From Mobula hypostoma (lineage: Eukaryota): a DNA stretch of 64,000 nucleotides. Below, in pieces: positions 26,207-38,240 of the stretch (the first letter of the stretch is position 1; each line of letters starts with the position of its first letter). Under the pieces are notes generated by a model. That model saw nothing but the letters and a program-made list of their open reading frames with translations, was not told where the DNA came from and did not search any database. A program made the position numbers and the translations under genes. The stretch spans positions 109,618,001-109,682,000 of the forward strand of contig NC_086107.1 of the NCBI RefSeq assembly GCF_963921235.1, given 5' to 3'.

Positions 26207-26242
<36 letters not shown>

Positions 26243-26394
26243 GTCGCTCTCGCGCTCTCTCTTGCTTTCTCTCTCGCGCTCGCTCGCTCTCAAAAAAATT
26301 GATTTCCGGGACATTGTATATAATTTGTGGGCATCAGGGAGCCACTATCAATATGCGGGAGACTCCCGGAACTTCCAGGAGAGGTGGGATGTCT
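25786..26394. mobile_element. Non-autonomous DNA transposon (hAT-like MITE)
   Basis: TIRs AGAC(G/A)TCCCACC and a perfect 8-bp TSD GAGTTTGC (25778-25785, 26395-26402). Inserted in a V-SINE; contains a (CT)n tract. Confidence 0.85.
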
Positions 26395-26946
26395 GAGTTT
26401 GCACGTCTTCCCTTTGACTGGGTGGATTTCCTCCCACATCCCAAGGGCGTGAAGATGGTAGGGTAATTGGCCACTGTGTAAGTTGCTTCCAAATTGAGGA
26501 TGAGGTTTAGAATCTAGGAGTGGAGTCGTAGGAGAGTGAAATATGATTAGCATAGAGAGTCATAGAGCCATAGAAAAGTACGGTACAGAAACAGGCTCTT
26601 CAGCTCATTTAGTCCATGCCAAACCATTTAAACTGCCTACTCCCATGGATCTGCCCTGGGACCATAGCCCTCCATACCCCTACCATTCATGTACCTATCC
26701 AGACTTCTTTCAAATGTTGAAATCGAGCTCGCATGCACCACTTACATTCACTTCATGGTCTCACGGCCCTCTGAGTGAAGAAGTTTCCCCTCACGTTCCC
26801 GTTAATCTTTTCACCTTTCACCCTTAACCCATGACCTGTGGTTGTAGTCCCACCCAATCTCAGTGAAAAAACCCTGCTTCCATTTGGCCTATCTACACCA
26901 TAAGGTATGGATCTACTGCTCCTGGAGCATTGACTTCCCTTGGCAC

Positions 26947-27690
26947 TGTTTATGGACTGAAAACTTACATTGACCTGTTATCTACACATGCACATTGCTC
27001 TCACGCTCTCTCCCTCCCTGCAACGTGATTACACCAGTTAATCTCATCTCCCGCGTGCGTGCTTTTATTTAATTGATATGTTGTTGTACAGACATAACAA
27101 ATTGGCAACAAGTAAGAACCTGAAAGTCTGCGAATATCACCAACTGCACCGACTGCTACAGGACGACAGACTTCGGAGAGAGACAGCAAGAGGAAAGAGT
27201 TAAACAGTATGGGGGAGGCCGTCACGGACACCAACAAAGGGACACATGGGTGACCGTGCACGGTACACAGTGAAAGATGCACAACTAGCAAAGTTAAAGG
27301 TGAAAATAACGTGACGATGGCCTTCGTCGGGAAAGCTGACAAATTTGATAATGCTAATGAGAACTGGGAATCGTATATCAAGAGAGTTGAACTGTACTGT
27401 AATGTGAAGGATGTGGTTGAGGAAAAGAAAATATCCACGCTTCTTAGCTTAATGGGTGCTAAAACGTATAGGCTTTTACACAACGTAGTAACTCCTGAAA
27501 AGCCAACAAAGAAGACGCACGATGAAATTATTACAATTTTACAAAATCACTTGAGCCCTAAACTGCTGGTAATAGCTGAGAGATTGAAATTTTACAAAAA
27601 GAACCAGTCAAAGGATGAAAGCACTTCTGAATACGTTGTGGAACTGTGCAAACTTTCCCAGTGCTGTGACTTTAGAGGTGGACTGCAAAC
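26947..27690 (+). mobile_element. Gypsy LTR retrotransposon 5' remnant (LTR, PBS, gag)
   Basis: Putative TG..CA LTR ending at 27099 and PBS-like TTGGCAACAAG. 27317-27675 encodes gag motifs F...ENWESY..R, LLSLMG..Y.LL, HLSP...IAER.KF....Q..ES...YV.EL..L...CDF. Confidence 0.75.
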
Positions 27691-27884
27691 AGCCTTTTCC
27701 AAAAGCTCCCTTCTGGAGAGCACTGTAGGGCTAGTAAAACAAAAACTCATGCCATCTTAGAAGTTCCTTCCCCCAGGCAGTTAATCTGATCAGCCATTCT
27801 AGTTAGCCCCCCACCACCCCCTCTATTATCTCAAGTTCAAAGCTCAAAGTAAATTTTATGATCAAGGTACATCATCATACACAT

Positions 27885-29130
27885 CAGGGGTCCCCAACCT
27901 TTTTTGCACTGCGGACCGGTTTATTATTGACAATATTCTTGCAGACCGGCTGACCCGAGGGGGCGGGGGGGGGGTGGGGGTAGGGTTGCCAACGGACAAG
28001 AGTAGCAGTCAAATATGTTGTGTTTACCCAGAGAAAGACTACAATGACCATGAAGCCTTGCGTGGGCACCAGTGCGCATACGTGATTTGCGCATGTGTGT
28101 ACCTGCCGATTTTTTTCTACAAATCGTTTTTTGTGATTCTGTTTGGGGGTGGGGGTGGTGTTAATCATGACTGGAATATAGGTGATAAGTGACTAATGCA
28201 CTCAATTTCATTTCTAAAAGGGGTTATCTAACAAATTTAATATTAAACACACAGCGCATATTTTCCTCGCATGAATATAGTGATAAGTCAATTATCAGGG
28301 GAGGACAGGGGAGCTTGAAGTAAGTGTTGAATGAACTTCCAGTAGAAGTGGTAGAGGCAGGTTCGATATTATCATTTAAAGAAAAACTGGATAGGTATAT
28401 GGACAGGAAAGGAATGGAGGGTTGTGGGCTGAGTGCAGGTCGGTGGGACTAGGTGAGAGTAAGAGTTCAGCATGGACTAGAAGGGCCGAGATGGCCTATT
28501 TCCGTGCTGTAATTGTTATATGGTTATATAAGTCACTTATAAATCGATAGCATCATAACATTTTAAGTAATGTTTGGATATTAAACACAGAACACATATT
28601 TTCCCCATATGAACATATAAAATCATTGCAACACACCAACATCGCTGAATCAGTGGGAGCCCTGGGCTGAATACTTGTTTCCTGCAACAACATAGTCCCA
28701 TCAAGGGGTTATGGGAGACAGCGATACTCGAAGGGTGTTCCTTATGTCCAGTCTATTCCGCAATTTAGTTTTCGTTGCATTCATTGCAGAGATATGTTGG
28801 AAATGGAAGCAACGTTTTCAGTTCTTTCATGGCTATCTCAGGATATTGAGCCTTGACTTTGATCCAGAATGCTGCCAGAGAGGTTATGTCAAACATACTT
28901 TTCAGCCCGCCGTCATTTGCAAGCTCGAGGAGTTGATCTCCTTCCCGCGCTGACATGGATGACGCGCGGGTAATGACCTCGCGTGCGTAATGGCTCAACT
29001 GTGGGCGTGACAGGGAATGAGGAAAGGTGCAGCTGACTCATATCGCCAAATCATATTGTTTCCTCATGGTCCGGTAGCGCTTACCTTGCAGCCCGGTACC
29101 GGTCCGCAGCCCGGTGGTTGGGGACCACTG
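27885..29130 (-). mobile_element. hAT (Charlie-like) internally deleted transposon with nested CR1 3' end (about 28325-28530)
   Basis: TIRs CAGGGGTCCCCAACC / GGTTGGGGACCACTG and an imperfect 8-bp TSD (ATACACAT/ATATACAA). hAT dimerisation-domain remnant FWIKVKAQYPEIA..LLPFPTYLC..KTKLRNRLD. Confidence 0.85.
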
Positions 29131-30017
29131 ATATACAACACCGAGTTTCATTTTCTTGTGGGCATACTCAACAAATCTATAGAATAGTAACTATAACAGG
29201 ATCAATGAAAGATCAACCAGAGTGTAGAAGACAACAAATAGTGCAAATAGCAATAAATAACGAGAACGTGAGATAATGAGATAAAAAGTCCTTAAAGTGA
29301 GATCACTGGTTGTGGGAACATCTCAATGGATGAGCAAGTGAGTGTAGTTTTCCCTTTTGTTCAAGAGCTTGATGGTTGAGGGGTAGTAACTGTTCTTGAG
29401 CCTGGTGGTGTGAGGTTTTTATAATGCTGTTTACATTGTAAATACATGCTGGTATTGATGTATTTATGCCCATTTTGTTCCACATCCGTACTTTAACCTC
29501 TATTTTATATTTATTTAATTCTTTATTCTTATAATGTTGGATGTTGATTTTTGTGAATGTCATGCCCTGACCAGCACAGCACAGCAAATTCTGAGAACAT
29601 GTAAATGCATATAGTGAATAAAATTGATCCTTGAAGCAGAGTTTCAATGCAAAACTTCGATAGTTACTTTTGCCCCCATAGAAGGAGAAGGTGTTTTTTA
29701 CGGCGGGAGAATCTAGGAAAAGACAGTACAGCATCAGAATAGAAGGACACTGCTTCAGAACAGAGATGAGACCTTGGTCAGACAACACTTGGAGTACTGT
29801 GTTCAGTTCTGGTCATCTCATTACAGGAAGGATCTGGATACCATAGAGAGAGTGCAGAGGAGATTTACAAGGATGATACCTGGAGAGCATGCCTTATGAG
29901 AATAGGTTGTGTGAACTCGGCCTTTTCTCTTTGGAGTGATGGAGGATGAGAGGTGATCTGATAGAGGTGTATAAGATGACGGGAGGCATTGATCGTGTGG
30001 ACAGCCAGAGGCTTTTT

Positions 30018-30682
30018 TTAGATTTAGATTATGAGGACACTCAGTTCTCGTTTATTGTCATTTAGAAATGCATGCATTAAAAAATGATACAATGTTCCTC
30101 TGGTATGATATCACAGAAACACAAGACAGACCAACTGACAAAAACCACATAATTATAACATATACTTACAACAGTGCAAAGCAATACCGTAATTTGATAA
30201 AGAGCAGACCATGGGCACAGTAAAAAAAAGTCTCAAAGTCCTGACAGCCCCAACACCTCACGCAGACGGAAGAAGGAAGAAAACTCTCCCTGCCATGAGC
30301 TTCCAGCGCCGCAAACTTGTCGATGCAGCATCCTGGAAGCACCCGACCACAGTCCGACTCTGAGTCCGTCCGAAAACTTCGAGCCTCCGACCAGCCCTCC
30401 GACACCGAGCACCGAGCACCATCTCTGCCAAGTGCTTCGACCCCGGCCCCGGCCGCCGAGCAACAGGCAAAGCCGCCGAGGATTCAGGGCCTTCCCCACC
30501 GGAGATTTTGGATCACACAGTAACAGCGGCAGCAAAGCAGGCATTTCAGAAGTTTCACCAGATGTTCCTCCGTGCTCTCACGTCTGCCTCCATCAAATCA
30601 GAATTGTGCACGGCCTCCTACTTGACAGATTACAGATATTCATCACCAGAGGCCGCTGCATCATGCCGCCATCTTCTGCTCC
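30018..30682 (-). mobile_element. ~630-bp non-autonomous retroposon (copy 2), inserted in a CR1 fragment
   Basis: Reverse complement of the 3195-3826 family. CR1 sequence continues on both sides. Confidence 0.75.
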
Positions 30683-31402
30683 TCCTTTTTCCCAGGGCTG
30701 AAATGGCTAACACGAGGGGCATAGTTTTAAGGAAGTAGGCACAAGGGAGATGTTAGGGGTAAGTTTTTCACTCAGAGAGTGGTGAGGGTGTGGAATGTAC
30801 TGCCAGCAAAGGTGGTAGAGGCAGATACAATAGGGTCCTTTAAGAGACTCTTGGATAGGTACATGGAGCTCAGAAAAATAGAGGGCAATGTTTGTAGGGA
30901 AATTATAGGCAGCTTCTAGGTTACATGGTTGGCACAATGTTGTGGGCTGAAGGGCTTGTAATGTTCTATATTCCATGTTCTATGAATTTCTGTGGCCAAA
31001 GGACAGTGAATTGGTGGAAGTCATTGCCGTAGACGGCTGTGGGTGCAGTCTTTGTGTGTAGGCTAAGTCTTTGGGTGTAGTTAAAGAGGGGGTTGACAGG
31101 TTCTTGATTAGCACGGGTGTTGAAGGTTACGGGGAGAATGGGATTGAGAGGGAAAATAAATCAGCTGTGATGGAATGGTGGAGCAGACTTGATGGGCAGA
31201 ATGGCCTAATTCTGCTCGTATTTGGTTTTATACCGCATGACCCTCTGAGTTCTTCCAGCAGATTGTTTGTTGCATCAGGGAGAATATCTTTGTACCTTTC
31301 ATAAAACGATGGCTTGGCTCCGCTTACTTCTGTAACCCCATCCAAACCTGGGCAGTTGTTAATTTGCGCACGGTAAGCTCCCGCAAGCTAAGCTGGATTG
31401 TA

Positions 31403-32255
31403 ACGCACACAAAATGCTGGAGGAACTCAGCAGGTCAGGCAGCATCTATGGCAAAGAGCGAAACAGTCAATGTTTCGGGCCAAAACCCTTCATCAGGACC
31501 AGGGAAAATGGTAAGTCAGAGTAAGAAGGCGGGGGGAGGGGAGGAAGAAGTACAAGGCAGCTGGTGACAGGTGAACCTGGGAGAGGGGAGAGGTGAAGTA
31601 GAGAGCTGGCAAGTCAATTATAGTCATGGTCATGGTCATAGTCATAGTCATACTTTATTGATCCTGGGGGAAATTGGTTTTCGTTACAGTTGCACCATAA
31701 ATAATAAATAGTAATAGAACCATAAATAGTTAAATAGTAATATGTAAATTATGCCAGTAAATTATGAAATAAGTCCAGGACCAGCCTATTGGCTCAGGGT
31801 GTCTGACCCTCCAAGGGAGGAGTTGTAAAGTTTGATGGCCACAGGCAGGAATGACTTCCTATGACGCTCTGTGTTGCATCTCGGTGGAATGAGTCTCTGG
31901 CTGAATGTACTCCTGTGCCCAACCAGTGCATTATGTAGTGGGTGGGAGACATTGTCCAAGATGGCATGCAACTTGGACAGCATCCTCTTTTCAGACAGTG
32001 AAAGGGCTGGAGACGGGGAGGACAGGAGGCCATGGGAGAAAGGGAAGTGGGAGGAGGTGATGGGCAGGTAAGGAGATAAGGTGAGAGAGGGAAATGGGAA
32101 TGGGGAATGGTGAAGGGGGGAGGGGGTTGCAATTACCAGAAGGTTACGAAATCAGCGTTAATGCCATCAGGCTGGAGACTCCTCCAACCCGAGTGTGGCC
32201 TCTGTGCAACAGTAGAGGAGGCCATGGAATAACATGTCGGAATGGTTGAACCACT
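31403..32255 (-). mobile_element. Penelope-like 3' fragment interrupted by a Rex1 3' end (31620-31997)
   Basis: Same terminal repeat and decayed hammerhead (31463-31500). A PLE C-terminal remnant (HSDMLFHGLLYC) lies near 32140-32255. Confidence 0.65.
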
Positions 32256-32662
32256 GGCCTATCTTAGCTGTTGGCATTGTAGGAGACCTGTTACTGAGAA
32301 ATGCCCCAGCTCTTGGCTACGGCTTGCCATGTGCAAATAACTCAACCTCTCTTAATGAGTCTCAAAGGACAAATACATCATGGCATTGAGTAACGCTGAA
32401 GGATTTTGGCACCAGCCCCTAGTTTCCACTGGTTTTACTCCTCTCTGCCAAGTAGTATTAGCAGCCACTGCGTGATCTGGATTACAAATCCATTTAAAGA
32501 TTAAAAATAAATATTAGCTTTATTTGTCACATGTACGTTGAAACTTGCAGGGAAATGGATTGTTTGCGTCAACAACCTATACAGTCCGAATCTGCGCTGC
32601 GTTCAGCCCGAAAGAGTCGCCGTGCTTCTATCGCGTCCACAACTTACCAACCCTAACCCGTA

Positions 32663-33203
32663 CAGTCCTGTGCAAAAGTCACAGGCACATGTATATAACC
32701 AGGGTGCCCAAGACCTCTGCACAGGACTGTAGTAATTTTATGTATTGCACTGTACTGCTGCAAAAAAAAACAAATTTCATGACATATGTGAGTGATGATA
32801 AACCTGATTCTGATATGGGTCTCTATTGTGGACTGAGGGTGGGAATGAGGCAGGGAGAGGGGAATCATGGTTGGGAAAAGGGGAAGGGAGAGGGGAGGGA
32901 GCAGGAAGCACCAGAGAGACATATCTGTAATGATCAATAAAACAATTGTTTGGAATCAAATGACCTTGCCTGCTGCCTCAAGGCTGGGTGTGTCTGCACC
33001 CTCGCCACCCCCTGCCCCAGCACTCCTTGTCTGCCACCTGTCCTTCACCCCTCCCGTGGCGCTCCACCCTCGCCATTCCCAACACCCTTTGCTCCCAGCA
33101 GATTTACAGACTCGCTCCCCGCTCCACATTGACAAATAAAGTGCTGTACAAAAGTCTTAGCCACTCGGACTATACATCATGCCTAAGACTTTTGCACAGT
33201 TCT
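32663..33203 (+). mobile_element. Composite Tc1-like MITE (two ~70-bp hairpin ends plus a spacer)
   Basis: CAGT(C/A/G)CTGTGCAAAAGTC-type TIRs. TA is duplicated at 32661-32662 and 33204-33205, splitting a V-SINE. Confidence 0.75.
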
Positions 33204-35246
33204 ATACATCTTTGGACTGTGGGAGGAAACCAGAGCACCCGGAGGAAACCCACGCGGTGATGGGGAGAACGGACAAACTCCTTACAGGCAGTGGCGAGAA
33301 TTGCACCCCGATCGCCGGGGCTGTAAAGCATTATGCTGGCCGCTAAGCTACCGCGCCAAGTAGCGCTGATCGAGAGGTTGCTCGTCGCTCGAAGATCTTT
33401 AACACCCACCCTCCCTCCCACACAGTGCCCGCAAGCCCTGGAAGAAGATTTGAACGGGTGCTCACTGCTCAGAGAATCAACGGAGCTGTTGAAGTGTAGA
33501 CCCATGAAATGGAGAACAGGCTCAGAGAACTGAAGGGTATCCCCTGTCACAATGAGGAAAGAGATACTTCATACTTTATTGTCGCCAAACAATTGATACT
33601 AGAATGTACAATCATCACAGTGATATTTGATTCTGCGCTTCCCACTCCCTGGATTACAAATAGATAGTAAATATTAAAAATTTAAATTATAAATCATAAA
33701 TAGGAAAATGGAAAGTAAGGTAGTGCAAAAAAACCAAGAGGCAGGTCCGGATATTTGGAGGGTACGGCCCAGATCCGGGTCAGGATCCGTTCAGCAGTCT
33801 TATCGCAGTTGGAAAGAAGCTGTTCCCAAATCTGGCCGTACGAGTCTTCAAGCTCCTGAGCCTTCTCCCGGAGGGAAGAGGGACGAAAAGTGTGTTGGGT
33901 GGGTGGGTCGTGTCCAATTGGGCACAGTTACATGGAGCACTGACACAAGAAAGCAGCATCCATCATCAAGGACCCCCACCATCCAGGCCATACTCACTCC
34001 TCACCACTACCATCGCGCAGGAGGTACAGGAACCTTAGGACCCACACCACCGGGTTCAGGAACAGTTATTACCCTTCAACCATCAAGCTCCCAAACCAGT
34101 GTGGGTAACTTCACTCACCTCAGCTCAACCCACATCCTCACTTTCAAGGACTCTTTGAGAATCAAGTTCTCATTTTTTTTTTTAATTTGCCCAATTTGAC
34201 TTCTTTTGCACGTTCCTGATGAAGGGTCCCGCCCCAAATCGTCGACTGTTTATCCGTTTCCATAGACGCCGCCTGACCTGCTGAGTTCCTCCAGCGTTTT
34301 GTGTGCGCCAGTTTTACACATCGGTTGTTTGTCAGTCTTTGTTAAGTATAAATTTCATTGCACTTCTTTATTTTCCCGTAAATGCCTGCGAGAAAATGAA
34401 TCTCAACCTAATACACATACTTCCATAGTAACTTTTACTTTGACAACCAGTGTGTGAAAGCAACACACACACACAAGATGCTGGAGGAAAAAGCTTTGAG
34501 CAAAGACCACCAGGCTCCAATCAATTACTTTCCACAGAGGTGAGACTAGTCAATAAACACTTCCACCCATTAATTCATCACGACTTTATCATTTTCTGTC
34601 AGAGTCACCTTATGTGCCCAGCGTCACTTTATGGACATATAATCAACCTGTGTATATAAGCCATCTTATTTTTATTGTGTTGGTTGTTTTTTATTAGGAC
34701 TGTATTCTTTGTCTTACTGTGTTTATTTTACCCCGATCACACAGGACATGCCCTCTTCTCATTGCTACATCAGGGAGGACATCCAGGAGCCTGAATGATT
34801 CAGGGAGAGCTCCTTCCCCTCTGCCATCTGATTTCTGAGTGGCCATTGAATATATCAGTACTTTTTCTGCACTACTAATTTAACTTAAATTTTAATTTAT
34901 ATGTATTTTTACTGTCATTCACAGTTTTTTAAAGTTATGTATTGCATTGTACAACAAATTTCACGGTGTATGCCGGTGCTGCCTTGGATCTGGAGTAACA
35001 ATGATTTTGTTCTTTTTTTGACACTTGTGTACTGGAAATTACTTTAATTTTTCTCGAATCTGGAACATTAACGATCCTCGACACTTTGTGGTGGAGAGCA
35101 GTGCGCCCCCTAGTGAGCAAATATGACTTCAAACAAAGTGCATCCAGCAGCTTGTTTGAATCACGTCAAGTGAAGTTTATTCAAGCAACATACATCATAG
35201 TTGCTGGTGAACGCAGCAGGCCAAGCAGCATCTATAGGAAGAGGCG

Positions 35247-35285
35247 CAGTCGACGTTTCAGGCCGAGACCCTTCGTCAGGACTAA
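35247..35285 (-). ncRNA. Minimal type I hammerhead ribozyme motif (PLE-derived)
   Basis: Minus strand AGTC-CTGACGA-A-GGGT CTCG GCCT-GAAA-CG-TC-GACT: stem I AGUC/GACU, stem II with a 4-nt loop, palindromic ACGU in place of helix III. Confidence 0.65.
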
Positions 35286-36161
35286 CTGAAGGAAGTGAAG
35301 TTTATTGTTTTTTTAGCTGTATACATGTATCTAAAGTATATAACCATAATGTGTATAGAAACGAGGTAACATTTCTCTGAACCAGAGTGTAAAGAACAGT
35401 AGTACACATAAGACACAATAACTTATGAAGGTAAGGATAAAGTCTGCAGATAAATCACACAAACTAAAGTGCATAAATTAAATATTGTCAGATACAGATC
35501 AACCCATGACACTTTGAATGGGATGCAGCAGGGAGTTCAGAAGCCTAATGGCCTGAGGGAAGAAACTGTTTCCAATCCCGACCGTTCTTGTCTTTATGCA
35601 TCAGAGTTTCCTGCCTGTTGGTAGAAAGTCAAAGAGGATGCTGGATGGATGGGTGGGGATCATCAATAATACTAAGAGCCCTTGTGTATCCAGTGCTCCT
35701 GATAAACGTCCCCAATGGATGTGAATAGTGCCACTGATATAGCCATCTCTGGGTCACACGCTCACTTCAAGTGCTGGAACCGTTTCTCAACTTTTTCCTC
35801 TCCCTTTCAGCCCAGGGTCACTGAGTCACCAGCGTCAACTCTTTGCAGGGGGTGCAGTTTCCAGCTGATGTCCAAAGTCGAGTTTGTTATCATATTTGCA
35901 AGTGCATGCATGCATGGGTGCACTATAAAACTTACTTTCAGCAGCATTACGGGCACACAGCAACAGAGAGACAACTTTTACAAGAACATGTCAATTAAAC
36001 ACGAGTGATCCAAAATTACACAAGGAAAGCCACAATAATAAATAAAACAGTTCAAGGAGGAGCAAAATGGTCATAATGTTTAGTACATTGAGTTAGTGAT
36101 TAAAAATTTAAAGTTGAGATTAATGTTGTATGTGTGTTATGCACAGGTGTAATGAAAAACA

Positions 36162-37022
36162 TACACTCAGTGTCCACTTTATTAGCTACCTCCTGTACCT
36201 ACAAGGTGATGACTACTGAGAGTATGTTCATGGTCTTCTGCGACTGTATTGTCAAAGTTTGATGTATTATGCGTTCAGAGATGCTCTTCTGCACACCTCT
36301 GTTGTAACGTGTGGTTACTTGAGTCACTGTCACCTTCCTGTCGGCTTGAATCAGTCTGGCTTCCAATAGACAATAGACAATAGGCGCAGGAGTAGGCCAT
36401 TCAGCCCTTCGAGCCAGCACCACCATTCACTGTGATCATGGCTGATCATCCACAATCAGTACCCTGTTCCTGCCTTCTCCCCATATCCCTTCACTCTGTT
36501 ATCATTAAGAGCTCTATCTAACTCTTTCTTGAAAGAATCCAGAGAACTGGCCTCCACTGCCTTCTGAGGCAGAGCATTCCACAGAACCACAACCCTCAGT
36601 AACAAGGCATTTTCAACCACAGAACCTGTTCCCCAGATGGTTTTTTTTTGTTTTTTGCACCTGTCCCTATAAACTCTAGCACAGAGGTTCCCAACCTGGG
36701 GTCCGTGAGCCCCTTGGTTAATGGTAGGGGTCCATGGTATAAAAAAAGGTTAGGAAAACCTGCTCTAGAGTCTGTTGTGCGTGAAAATCCCAGGAGATCG
36801 CCTGTTCCTGAGATACTCAAACCACCCCATCTGGCACCAAGATCAAAGTCACGGTCAAAGTCACTTAGATCACATCTCTTCCCCATTCTGATGTTTGGTC
36901 TGAACAACAACTGAACCTCTTGACCATGTCGGCATGCTTTTGTGGATTGAGCTGCTGCCGCATGATTAGCTGATTAGATACTTGCATTAATGAGGTGTAC
37001 CTAATAAAATGGCCGCTGAATA
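36162..37022 (-). mobile_element. Tc1-like transposon deletion derivative with nested CR1 end and an 80-bp hAT MITE (36682-36762)
   Basis: TIRs resembling CACTCAGTGGCCACTTTATTAGGTAC. Transposase N-terminus MGKRCDLSDFDR..GAR..GLSIS...LLGFSRTT. The MITE is flanked by CTCTAGCA/CTCTAGAG. Confidence 0.8.
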
Positions 37023-37849
37023 TCTTTGCAGCAGCATCGGAGACATATTACAACATTTACAAGAAAAACAAATTATATATAACTTTTACAAGTAAAGACA
37101 CAGGAATAGGCACTTCCGGCCTCTAACAACCTGCACCACCCAACCATCCACCAATTTAACCTTAGTCTAATCACAGGGCAATTTACATTGACCAATTAAC
37201 CTACTAACCAGTACGGGGAGGACGTACAAACTCCTTACAGAATTGAACTCTGAACTCCAACTTTTGATCGTTGAACATGGAACGAAAAGATTGAGCATCA
37301 CAGCCTTCTGGCTCTGATCCACAACCCTCTGGGTCAGAAACTTCTCCGCGTCTCAGTTCTAGCCATCCGACTCCTTATCCTGAAGTAACAAGGTCTTTGG
37401 TCCGGTCTCTCCACCACCTGCTAGGGATCTGGTGCATTTCAACAAGATGGCCTAAACCTCAGGGACCTTTTCTGTTTGGTCTCCCCACCCCCACCCCCAC
37501 CCACCCCCAACGTTGCTCTGCCACTCTGACGTGTCTCTTCCATACACAGCGATGTGCAGTCCACAAGCCCCACCCTCCTTGGTGGTGTTACCTCACCAGG
37601 AGGTGAGTCACCTCTGTCTAGATGCAAGTCAACAAGAAGGTACTCCAGCCCTGATAACAGTTAATATTAACTCAAGTTAACCAGTCAGAGATTAAAAAGC
37701 TCCCCGCTCAGATTTGGAGTCAGGTAACAAACAATCTGCTGGAGGAATTCAACGGGTCAAGTAGCGCCTGTTGGGGCCAAAGGATTTGTCGATGTTTCGG
37801 GTCTCCGAAGACTCAGGCAGGTTTCTACAGATATACCATGAAGAGTATA

Positions 37850-38240
37850 GGGGCCTTTGAAAGGAAGCTCTCCAAGTACGCAGGACTGGTCAGCAACTGT
37901 CAGCAGGCTGGATGAAGAGCGAGGTGTCTCCCAGTGGAGGTTGGTTGTAGGGGATTTGTAGCCCGTTCTTTAGTTAGAGCCTTCAGCATTTTGGGCATCG
38001 AGGGAGAGAGGAAGAGGAGAGCCATCCGCAGTACCACCGATGCGGCAGAGAGGGCCTCAAGATGGCTGTGGCTCAAAAGAGGGGAGCCATGGAGTCATAA
38101 GCAGCTAGCCATCTGGACACAAGCTGGGGTCTGATCAGCCCGGCTGGGTCACCTGGAGGAGGTTGTGTGATGCTGAAAGACCCGAAACACCCGATGATTC
38201 CAGGAACATCACTGAAGATGTGTCCGGAAGCATCAATAGA
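37850..38240 (+). mobile_element. HERO-like (restriction-like endonuclease) non-LTR retrotransposon 3' end
   Basis: FERKLSKYAGLVSNCQQAG*RARCLPVEVGCRGF..SL...LGI.G...RRAI...AAERASRWLWLKR. Confidence 0.7.

Noticed and set aside
26093..26466. SL/RE-rich ORFs
   Set aside because: Translations of the (CT)n microsatellite inside the MITE.
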